DNA of 63,707 bases, counting the filler, from Folioceros fuciformis (taxonomy: Eukaryota): assembly GCA_049999805.1 (NCBI GenBank). It is 7 parts of 7 records of this genome, joined end to end, with 100 filler letters (N's around TTAATTAATTAA, not from the genome) between each part and the next. Parts side by side here need not be neighbours in the genome. Positions count along the whole stretch, not along the records: positions 23,858 to 27,125 come from JBNGIO010003558.1; positions 27,226 to 36,860 come from JBNGIO010003559.1; 5 more parts are not named here. The stretch is one strand, 5' to 3'. Made by a program: the position numbers and the translations under genes. Under the pieces are notes generated by a model. That model had not been told where the DNA came from. It searched no databases and was given only the letters and a program-made list of their open reading frames with translations. Numbering within the stretch: the first letter of the stretch is position 1; every line of letters starts with the position of its first letter. Shown one piece after another: positions 26,446 through 36,960 of the stretch.

Positions 26446-28339
26446 CTGGGTAGAGCCACCTTCGATTAGACTTCACAAACCAAGCCCAAGATGGAGCATG
26501 ACGTAGACACAACACTAAATGGCACACTTGTGGATGGTGTGGGTGACAAGCAATCCACCTCCACCATTGATTCTTGGGTCGAGGTAACAGATCTTCTATA
26601 CGATTCAAAGTTTTTATGCTTGACAAAGGTGTTGGGTGGATTTTGTTGCTAGGTTAGCAGCTTTAGCTCAGTGCATGTCAGCAATTGAGGTTGCCAAAAT
26701 GGAAAACATTTTGAAATGCAAACACTTCTATTGAAGTATGATATGAAGAAACACAAGATGCAGTCGGAGAACCACCTACACATAGCTAGGGTTTTCGGAA
26801 AGCAGTCTCCAAAGAAAAGCAAGCATTAGAATGTGGACAAGTAGTAGCTAAACAATTCTATGTTCTTGCTGTGTGGAGTTGTTTTCTGTTACACACACTG
26901 TACTCCACAAAATTATATGGCTTCCCCCATGTAGGGAATTTTTCCAACTTTGAAATGAGGCTTGCCTCCTTGTTTTCACCTCACTGTGCATCTGCCTAAT
27001 AGATATATCATCCCACATATTCCTATTGTAGAGGCCATGTAAAGAAAATGGGTCGTCATCGACGTCACTAGCTTGGGCTGTGAAACATATATAGTCGTAT
27101 ATATATTTATTAAGCTACACTTGCTNNNNNNNNNNNNNNNNNNNNNNNNNNNNNNNNNNNNNNNNNNNNTTAATTAATTAANNNNNNNNNNNNNNNNNNN
27201 NNNNNNNNNNNNNNNNNNNNNNNNNACAAATGTGCCGCACGCCAGCACAATTGTTGCCAACCAAGGCTTCTTCCACATGACCAAATCCACACCGCCTTGG
27301 CATGTCATTCCGGTTCCTTCGCTTCCAGTGAAGAATTCCAAGAGACTTGAATCCTACGACGAGATCATCCCTGATACAGCATCACCAGCTTGGTGCTAAA
27401 TCAAATTCATCATCCTGCCTCTCCAGGGTTTGCCCTCGTCAACTGGACATATAGATCTGCAATCCGCCAAGCATCGGGCTCCGTCAGGATCACATAACTC
27501 CATCAACAGCTCATATCGCCACACTGCAACACAAATGCTCCGAAAACTCGTAAGGTAATGGATTCCGCAGCTTAGGATGCCGCTGAAGCTCTACTGCTGC
27601 GCGTGCTCGGGGCGAGCGTCCTATGCGTACTTTGGCTTTCTGTACTAACTCGCCAGGAAGGCACTCCGGCNNNNNNNNNNNNNNNNNNNNNNNNNNNNNN
27701 NNNNNNNNNNNNNNNNNNNNNNNNNNNNNNNNNNNNNNNNNNNNNNNNNNNNNNNNNNNNNNNNNNNNNNATCTCTCATTTCACAGTCCACAACCTCGAG
27801 CAGTCCTCTGGAAGTTTCACAGACATTCATCGTTTTAATCTTTTTTCGTTTCATCACTGCTTTCGTTCGTCACAGTCCACGAGCTGATTTAAACCTCGTC
27901 ACAGTGTACAGGCTTTTTCCGGACGATGGAAAGGGAAGGAAAGGAGTGGTAGTATCCGCTGTGAGCTGCACGTTCACTTGGGTGCCAACATTCAGGAGAT
28001 ACACTCGGGACAGGTATAGTGGGGTACACGGCCGCTCTTCAAAATCAGGCGGACAGGTCCATCGGAGGCACGGGTACCGTCCACGGCATGTGCGAAGCAC
28101 GATAAGGCTGCAGCAAGTGCTCCATGATTTTTCTCGACTGACAGTTGAGCCCACCAGGCCCGTCCATGGTGAGAAGAGAATCAGACTGTCATAGCTTGCC
28201 CATGTTGTCCGCTTGGAGTTTCCTTGACAGCAAGGAATGGGGTACTCACCAGCCTCTACTTTGCAAATGCACAAGGTTGGCATTGGAATCCTTCGCTGAT
28301 GCCGAGTTCCGGTGAGGGATTGGTCATGAGCACAGGGTC

Positions 28340-31300
28340 ATGGAATTCATAGACGAATGTCTCAAAGTGATAGGACGAGTAAACATCCTGGTGCACTATG
28401 ATCCCAATGTGAAAATCCTTCTCAATAGAAGGTTGTGCGAGCTGGTGGTCCTATTATACAATGTAGCAAGTATCCACTGCCTGCCAGTGTGGAAGAAATG
28501 CGAAGCCGCTATTCCGAAGTGCCAGCTAGCGCTTAAGGAGTTCTACAAGCAGCTGCTCCTTGGGGAAACCCTGGTTCAAAGCTCCAGTTCCAAGCACTTT
28601 TGGAAGCTCAGGAAGCTGGGAGGAGAACTTCAGTATCTGCACTCCTGTGACAGGTAATGTGATGGGAATGGGGAATGCCTATAATTTCGGGCTGCAGCTA
28701 CTTCCTTGGACTGGTGCTAAGCATGACATCTGTTTTGGCTGCAGCGCCTTGGATGGCTGGAAGACGGTGACCCCTTGGAAGGGGAAGCTTCCCCTACGGT
28801 GCGATCGACTGAAGCATCACGTGGAACTGGTCGATGAGAATGACCAGATATTTGTCAAGCACTCCTGTCTCTGTGTTGGTGGCTATGATGGGAAGAGCGT
28901 TCCTCTGCGATTCCGGGAGGGCAAAGTCATCAGTCTTCCTTGTATTAGTGATCACTGGTTGAAACTCTCGATTGTGGGGGCACCCCAAGGAGCGTTTGTT
29001 GTTCAGTTCCTTCTGGACTTATATTGGCACATTATACAAGTGAACAGGTCACTTCTTGCGAGTGCGAAGCACGAACAGTCTGCTCGTTCCAGGGCTTATC
29101 ACAGATGGCACATTCTAAGTTGTGGAGGCATTCTTTCTGACAAATACCATAAGTATCTTGCGGCGGAGCGTGAGAATGGTCTCGGCTCCTTTGAGAAGTG
29201 TCAAGAGGACTGTGAGCTGCTTTTGAAGAAACTTAAGTACATCGCTGATCAAGGTAGGCAACCGCAATTTCTAGTTCTTCGGCCGGTCATATGTTTAGTG
29301 TGTTTGTTGAAAGGCCCTGGACGTGTCGTTGTGGTCCCACTGTTGGTGAAACTCTATCTTTGCCCGTGCCCAGGTCCAAGAGTAGAGAGTTCAACACTCA
29401 CGAAGGAAGAAGAGCTTCACAATCACAGGCACGACATTGCAACTTTTGTTTTAAAACAGTTGGCCGATCGTTATGACGTTGCCGAGAGGTATAAGATATG
29501 TGATGATGGATGCGGCTCTCCGTCTGCACAGGATCTGTTGAGCAATAAAGTACGGCTGCCTCAGTATCTCAAGATTGACAAGAAGAAGTTAGATGACAGT
29601 GGTCTGACTTTTATTGCCCAAGGCTCCTCTTCATCCGTTTGGAGATGTGCATATCTCGGAGAAAGTTTGGCTGCAAAGAAATTTAAGGCTATGAGTTTCA
29701 GGGATATCTTCCCGAACGAGTTGGAAACCCTGTACAAGCTTAAGCACTTCCACATTGTTCAGCTGATTGGCTACAGTTACTTTGATTCCACTGATGATCA
29801 AGGAGGAAACAATCAATTGATACTTGAACTTATGTATCGGGATCTATCGAGATTTTTGAAAAATTCCACCAGTGGTGCACCGTTTCCTCTTCATGTGGCG
29901 GTTGATATATTACTTCAAATAGCTAGGGGAATGAAATACTCTCATGATAGTGGTGTAATGCATCGGGACCTGAAGGCTCGTAACATTCTGGTTAAGCGGA
30001 TTATGTCCAACGGCAACTCAGAAGTGAAGGATCTGTCTGATGACGGCTATTGCTATGTGAAACTGACAGATTTTGGCTTTGCCAAGAAGTACAGGGAAAC
30101 CACACCGATGACTAATGTTGGAACTAGTTACTGGAGGGCCCCTGAGGTGCTTGGCGATGTTACTCAAAACTACAGTAAACCAGCAGACGTCTACAGCTTT
30201 GCAGTCACTTGCTGTGAAGTCTTTGGAGGACAAACACCTGAGACGTGGATGGTGGCAGGGAACGCACGACTTCTCGATGATCTTCGGAAAGGTGTCAGAC
30301 CCTCTATTAATAATTGTCCAGCCTATTTGGTGGACTACATTGAGCGTTGCTGGGACACAGAACCTGGAAACAGACCCTCTTTCGTTGATATTTGCGTTGT
30401 GCTCCTCCACTACAAGAGTGTGCTTATGAAACCTGACTTTGACCCGAGTGCTGACTATCGGATTTCAACAGAGGAAGACATGATTGAACTCGCTTGTCAG
30501 GGCGGACTCAAGTGGTTAACAAGGGAGGTTTTGAACCATGGGATCGACACGGTAGATGTGGGTTCCAAGTATTCGAGGATACCCATGGACGTCTTCCTGG
30601 ACTGCCTCGTTAAATGGGAGTACCCTACGCCAATATCATCAGATGGTACGACACCACCAGCAAGCCTTTCAGCACGTAGTGCGAATTTGTCTGCTGGCGT
30701 GGAGCTTTCTCTTCAGGACTCCGCCGGTAGTTTGTTAGAAGGTTTCGAGAAGCTCTGTATAGTCCACTATGAGTGGCAGGATGTGCTTAAAGATCTCCCG
30801 GAAGCCTGGGTACATGTGGGAGACCACTATGCCTCGTGGGAAAAGAAAGATCATGACTTCGAAAATGCTCTAAAGTGGTTTAAGAAAGCTTCTAGGCATG
30901 GTCATCCAGATGGCTTCGTCAGGGTTGGAATGTGCTATCACTCTGGATATGGCACTGAGAGGAATTTGAAGTTAGCCATACAAAATTATGAAGAAGCGGC
31001 CACGAGGCACTCCGCAGAAGGGTACGTGTATCTGGGCCTTGCCTATGCGGAAGGCAACTTCAAAGAGAAGGGATTGGAGTTCTGGCAGAAGGTTGGTTTG
31101 ATTGAACCAGCCGTCTGGATGTCTTCTAGGAGAGACATATTTGTCATGACTGTTATGTTTTGCAGCCAGGCTGATGCTTGTTACTAACTTTTGTCCCTTC
31201 CTTCTTAACAGGCTATGGATTACCAGAACGCAAACAGAACAAGCATTCGAATCATCAAACTGTTCATCAACATCATGCTTTGCAGCGTCCTTGATTCGCA

Positions 31301-32018
31301 CAATGTGTACGAAAATGTTGTCAACAGGCTTTTGAAGATGACTGTGAAGGAAAACTCTATCGGCCGTAAGCTTGTTGCTGGTGCAGCTCCCAAGTATACC
31401 AACGTCAGGCTGGTCCTTGATGCTGTAAGGAAGGCGGCCGTGGACGACAAGCAGCGCGCAACCAAGCTCCTTCGAAACTTATCCACAGAGCCCGAGGTTG
31501 CAGAAAAGATAAGAGAAGCTGGAGGCGCCCAGGTGAGCTATCACCTGAACCACGAGACTTCGCTGCTGCTGCACCTGTGATTCCCTGCTCTCCGCTGTAT
31601 CGTATGTTTAGTTCAGGATTCTCAGGCCTCTTCTCTGTGGCAGGTGTTGAAAACTCTTGTGAAAGAGAGCTATGAGCCGGGCAGTAAAGTAGTTCCCAAA
31701 ATTCTTGTGGAAACATTTTGCAATGTTATCCCCGACCATAGCGAGCGGATGAACTGTCTTGAAAGTTTTCATCAGGACGATAGGGGGAACCTAACAACGG
31801 AGGAAATTCAGGATTTCCAGTCCAGGATCGAAAAACACCTGGACAGGCTTCTTCAGGAAAATGTGAAGTTAACAAACGGGGGAGTACAAGGGCTGGAGGG
31901 CATTGCAGCGGAGTGTGAAGCAGAAGTAGGATTGGATCCAGCGGTTCTTACTCCGGTAGAGGTTTTGCAGAATAGTCGAGCAGATGACGGAGTCGGAGCC
32001 GTGGCAATGGCAGACTAG
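28340..32018 (+). CDS. MLKL-like protein: N-terminal 4-helix bundle (HeLo-like), brace, TKL-type protein kinase, SEL1-like repeats, ARM-like tail; predicted 5 exons, ~1078 aa
   Basis: Predicted exons 28340-28653, 28745-29253, 29374-31091, 31212-31532 and 31644-32018 are joined by in-phase GT-AG introns (3237 nt total). Kinase motifs: AAKKF, HRDLKARNIL, DFG, GTSYWRAPE, DVYSFA. SEL1 motifs: ALKWFKKASRHGHPDGFVRVGMCYHSGYGTERNLKLAIQNYEEAA. The N-terminus LLNRRLCELVV...ALKEFYKQLLLGETLV resembles the plant MLKL N-terminal domain. Confidence 0.8.
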
Positions 32019-32391
32019 ACCTAGCCGGTTGTTTGTGCAGTAACACTCAGCGTTCTGTTGTAACAGGGACATACTCGTGGGTTGTGGGGTCTCCGAAACA
32101 GGATTTACAGGGCATTTAGACTACTGTGTGAGATTGAATCTGGACTTTTTCTTTTCAGAGCCTTCGAACCGGTACTTAGATGCGGTCAGTAAAGGGAAGA
32201 ATTAGTCTAACCTTTCGTGGACTCCAACAGAGTTCATCTTCATGGTGCAAGGATGAACTTAGACCGGACATAAGCAACCTGCTTGGCCCAGAACGGGAAG
32301 GATGCGGGGCTTACCACGGGCACATACGCATACATGTGATGGGATGCTTGAACGAGAAGGTTTTCAGTGCTTTCACGGTGCACAACAGAAC

Positions 32392-33405
32392 TCAGACTGC
32401 ACAAACCTCCGTGGCCCAGGACGGGAGCGGGGCGACCACGAGCACATCTCCAGATGTAATGGGATGCTTGAAAGAGAGACTCCCGGCATGAAGGCAATGG
32501 GCGTCGAACTTGATCCCATCGAACAGCTGAGGAAAAAAAAAAAAAAAAAAAACTACTAAAGGCAACCCCAAATAGAGACAGTGCAACCTGATTTGATGCG
32601 TCCTACCCGTCGATGGAAATGCTCTCACCAAAAATTTCTGCACATTCTGTGATGCACTGAAGTCTGGCAACCTACTTGCAGAAAAGTGTTCAGAAGTGTG
32701 TGCACGTTTCAAATCCTGCTGAGAGACAGCACAATCCCTTCCAGCAACCCGCAGCTCATGGTGGTCAGTTTCATCTTTCCAGTCGGAATTGCCACTGTCC
32801 CTGTCGCTGTCGCTGTCGCACCCCAGTGCTCCACTTACGACCGACCGCTGAAACTTTTCAGACACGCTTGAGAACAAAAATCTTGTTCTCATCTCTTTCA
32901 CCACCGATCCGCCCGGACCAGGAAGCCTCTTGCCAATGTCATCGGCAGAGTACACATGATAACTGCCAAACCGGGGCCTGCCATGTCCAGACGTGACAGT
33001 CACCGCCCTCCACGGTGGCTCCGCTCCGATACACAGCCCAACATAGCTCTTGGCCACTTTCTTCCTCGCAAAAAGTTGCCCGAGTTTCCCAGACGCTTCC
33101 CTGGACTTGGAGATGACCAGCACCCCACTGGTGTCTCGGTCGAGACGGTTCGCTAGATGGAGGCAGGCGGCATCTGCTGACTGCATCACCGAGGGTGCCG
33201 AGGCGAACACATGGCCAGTATACAGGCCACCAGGTTTGTTCACCACCAACAACCACTCGTCTTCATACAGAACGTCCTGCTTGGTGATGGCAGGGCCAGC
33301 CCGCATCGCCGCCTCAGCCACTAAGGCCCTTTGGTATTCCACCTCTCTGGCATCCTCAGAGTAGCAAGGCGTCAGAGGAAGGGGCAGGCACGGCAGGGAA
33401 GACAT
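32392..33405 (-). CDS. RNA pseudouridine synthase (RluA family, plant PUS1-like), intronless
   Basis: Contains LYEDEWLLVVNKPGG, the catalytic motif LANRLDRDTSGVLVI, TGRTHQIRLH and HCLHAGSLSFKHPITS. A poly-T run replaces the expected GDxxYG motif. Confidence 0.9.
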   Translation of the reverse strand: MSSLPCLPLPLTPCYSEDAREVEYQRALVAEAAMRAGPAITKQDVLYEDEWLLVVNKPGGLYTGHVFASAPSVMQSADAACLHLANRLDRDTSGVLVISKSREASGKLGQLFARKKVAKSYVGLCIGAEPPWRAVTVTSGHGRPRFGSYHVYSADDIGKRLPGPGGSVVKEMRTRFLFSSVSEKFQRSVVSGALGCDSDSDRDSGNSDWKDETDHHELRVAGRDCAVSQQDLKRAHTSEHFSASRLPDFSASQNVQKFLVRAFPSTGRTHQIRLHCLYLGLPLVVFFFFFFPQLFDGIKFDAHCLHAGSLSFKHPITSGDVLVVAPLPSWATEVCAV

Positions 33406-33640
33406 TCTGAGCCTCAGTGACCTGGGCTACCAACAGTGAGGCCACGGGAATTTGCCTCCACCCTCATCAAGGCTTTCCCAGCTCAGAGCACTGTCTCATT
33501 AATCTGCGTTCAAGATGACATCCTCATAGCAGACAACATCCCAGTCTATGAACCCCACTTTCCCATGTCGACCATTCTGTATTCCCTGGAAGATGGTATA
33601 CCGCCGCGCAAAACTTTCTGTCAAAAGACGGAGTGACCGT

Positions 33641-33679
33641 AATGGTATTCCACACTTCAGGTGAGTGTGGAATACCATT
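33641..33679. repeat. Perfect 16-bp inverted repeat with 7-nt loop
   Basis: AATGGTATTCCACACT-tcaggtg-AGTGTGGAATACCATT. Confidence 0.9.
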
Positions 33680-34559
33680 TTATATATGAGATAATAAAAA
33701 AATATTGATTTACATTTGTTTCAATATGACATAGACCTTGGCTTTATTACATGGATCACAAAGTAATATTTTATTATCCTTGCCCGAGTATGCACTCCCT
33801 GCTTCACCTCAACATACACGCAAAATTAATCCTCTTTTTCCAACTAATTTTCCAACATCATATCACTACATCTCTAATTGCAAGCCACGTTGAACCTGCT
33901 TCCAAGTAAATCTGGACAAAAGCCCTAAACCCCTACGCGGCATGTTAAACCGCTTCGCCATGGAGAGATGACACGTAGACGCTCACCGTGAGGTGTAACC
34001 TAGGTTACATGCGGGGTATAGGCTGCAGGCATGACGGTCCAGGGTAGTGCGTCGCCTGCTGGTTTTACTAGGAGAATGGTCGACTGCAACCAAGGGTACT
34101 TTTGGAACGTGTCTTAACCAAAAACGTGTTGGATTCAGAACACAGTCTGCAGTAAGTTGCAGTGTCATTCACCAGTCATCGCAGTTGTGAATCTGAACGG
34201 ACGATAGAATGGCAGCGCAACAACCTTGAGCTGCTTTCACGACTCATGGCAATCCTTGTACACCACATAGCCGACAAGGACTCGTAGCTGGTTTAACAGA
34301 CCTAACACACCTCCTTAAACATCAGTGCACATGTCACAGATTGGATCTGCTCGGTTGTGCAACGCTTTCCAGTGCGTTGTGCATGCTGCGTTGCGCATGC
34401 AGGTTTGAGAGACTACAAATTGATGCAACGGAGGTGCAGACGAACTGATGTAACAGAGGTGCAGACGCTCTCTGGCAGAGAAGTTGGAGGATTGTTTAGG
34501 TCGTAGTTTGGAATTCGGTGTGAGAAGTGTGGACGCATATCGCTTACTAGAACGCAAGA

Positions 34560-35504
34560 ATGCTGCACCATTTACTTCGTGGGACTTTGCCGGCGGTGGC
34601 CTTGAGGAGGAGCTTGCCGTCGCCGAACGGAGGGAGTGCTAGACTCCTTCTTTTCGCACGGGTAAAGTTGAGCTTCAATTCACTATGTATGTTGTTTCAG
34701 ACTTTGTGGAGGATTTTGGTTAGGAGAGAGAGGATACTGGCGGCAACGTGAGAGGCAGGGTGGGACAGTGTCTTGCCTCTCAGTCTGACGTCGTTGTGTT
34801 GATCCTGCAACAGGCAATGTGCTCACGGGTGGGATCAGGGAGCGGGGGCCGCGTTGGAGGACCGAATGTGAGGCCGCCACCTGAGATCCCCTACTCAGTG
34901 AAAGGCCTCAGGCATATTGCGATTGCTGTTCCGGATGTTGTTGCGGCTGGTGAGCATTACCGGACGGCTTTTGGAGCCCGAGTCAGTGATCCTCAGGTTG
35001 AAATTCTCTCGTCTGCAAGCGATCACCACATCGAGTCCTATCGGAGAACGTGCTGAGGTTGAGCATTGTTTCTGTTGTTTGCTGCTGCAGCCAATCCCTG
35101 ACCATGGAGTCACCACAGTCTTCGTGATTTTGGGGAATTTTCATATTGAGCTGTTACAGCCGCTGGGAGATGATGGCAAAGGTCCGATCTCCAGGTTTCT
35201 GGAGAAGAACCCGAAGGGCGGCCTCCACCACCTATGTTTCGCGGTATGTTTTGGTTTGGTGCTTCTGAGCTCAGAGATGTGACCTTGTAGTCCTCCCTTC
35301 ACTTCCAACGTGCTGTTGTAACTTGCACTTCGTTTTCAGGTGGACGATTTGAACTCAGCTGTCGATCATCTTAGTGCACTAGGCATCTCGAGTTTGGGTG
35401 ATGGCAAGCCGAAGATCGGAGCAGAGGGGGACCCTGTCCTGTTCCTTCATCCCAAGGATACTATGGGTGTGCTCACGGAATTGCAACAGGTGGACCCTAA
35501 ATAG
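34560..35504 (+). CDS. MCEE: Methylmalonyl-CoA epimerase (VOC/glyoxalase fold) with mitochondrial-type presequence; 4 exons, 200 aa
   Basis: Exons are 34560-34661, 34814-34996, 35091-35243 and 35340-35504. Motifs LRHIAIAVPD, PDHGVTTVFVILGNFHIELLQPLG, FLEKNPKGGLHHLCF and KIGAEGDPVLFLHPKDTMGVLTELQQ match the MCEE consensus, and the N-terminus is Arg/Leu/Ser-rich. Confidence 0.9.
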
Positions 35505-35851
35505 TACTGCACAAGGAGCTTCGTCTATTCGAGGTCGCATCCGTTTGACCCTGACTTGTGGGAAAAGGCCTACTGGAATTTGAGCACGGGATTGAGAACG
35601 GGACTCCTGGCAATCTCTAGTATAGATCGGCATTCATCTGCTGCAGGGCTAGAACGAGGATGAGCAAGGCCATGCACGCCACTTGGATGTAGGTGGTCTT
35701 TCTGTTTCTTTCTGGATGATGTTGGTCTTTGATAAGTCGAGTAACAGTGGAGTAAGTTCTGTACATGTTTATGCCAGAGGTTTTACTTCATAACCGTTTC
35801 TCTTCGCGATCTTACTTCACAAACCGTTTTGTAGTTTCATACCTTTCTGTA

Positions 35852-36729
35852 TCATGATTTGCATAATTTGCGAGCGGTGCTTAAACATCTGCTTTGCCTG
35901 CGCTCTAAATCCTGTATCTCAGCCTTCAACCAAGTTGAATGGTCGCGATAAGAATTCAAATTCGGTATCTTCCCAGCAGATACGCCATCGACAGTAGGCT
36001 CCATGGGATGGTCAAGTGACTAAAAGGGCATACAAATCAAATTGTTAGAGTGTGTTGTACAACATACTAATGGAACTTTAGGGTTCAGAGCTTAAGGAAA
36101 TGGTTGCTCACCATATCCCAGCAACATTAGTGTGACCCTATAGTACTCACCCATTTTATGCCCTGTGCCAGAGCGAGCTGAACTTCTAACTCCCTCACCC
36201 GCACAAGAAGTTGATGCTGACTTACTGTTAGGTTTGCCTCAAGTTTGTAGGCCTGGTTCAATTTCTGCTGGGCAAGCACACGGTCAGTGAAAAGATGATC
36301 CCGTACCACAGTGATCTTGAAAAGGGCTTCGTCACAGTTTACAACCACACAACAGGCGTAGAGCCGGCAATTGCGGCCTACGGGAATACCGCGTTGCATG
36401 GCTTAAGTCAACCTTTTTCAAGGAGTGGACTTCGTGGATAAGTTTCTTTCTGCCTTCTTTGACATTACTGACTTCCCTTTTCACAAGGGCGTTCTTCTCA
36501 GCATCCCAGTTGCGCTGTACGTGAAGGCAACTAACAACGGTGAGGATTCTGCCCATGCCCGAAGGTTGCTGTGATGTGATGGTGTGAGGTGATAAATTGC
36601 TGTTGCATACCTGTGCTTCGTCCATTAAACGAGACTGATTCATCAGATCCTTGGACCTCAAGGCATTAAGTTCCTCAATCTCAATTTTCATCCTTCCCAA
36701 TTTCCGCTGAAGCTCACCAATTGTGCTCC
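35852..36729 (-). CDS. 3' exons of a coiled-coil protein of unknown function; 5' end lost in the gap
   Basis: Spliceable heptad-rich segments: STIGELQRKLGRMKIEIEELNALRSKD, RNWDAEKNALVKREV, QKLNQAYKLEANL and LKAEIQDLERRQSRCLSTARKLCKS*. Confidence 0.55.
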
Positions 36730-36960
36730 TACACAGGAGGTACCAAATTTGGCAGTAAGAAAACAACGCTCCTGACTGAATGAAGTGAAGGGCAGGACAT
36801 TTGAATTCACCCAACGAACTTATTATCAGCTGTTCGACTATGCGTCTCTTGATACTTATTNNNNNNNNNNNNNNNNNNNNNNNNNNNNNNNNNNNNNNNN
36901 NNNNTTAATTAATTAANNNNNNNNNNNNNNNNNNNNNNNNNNNNNNNNNNNNNNNNNNNN

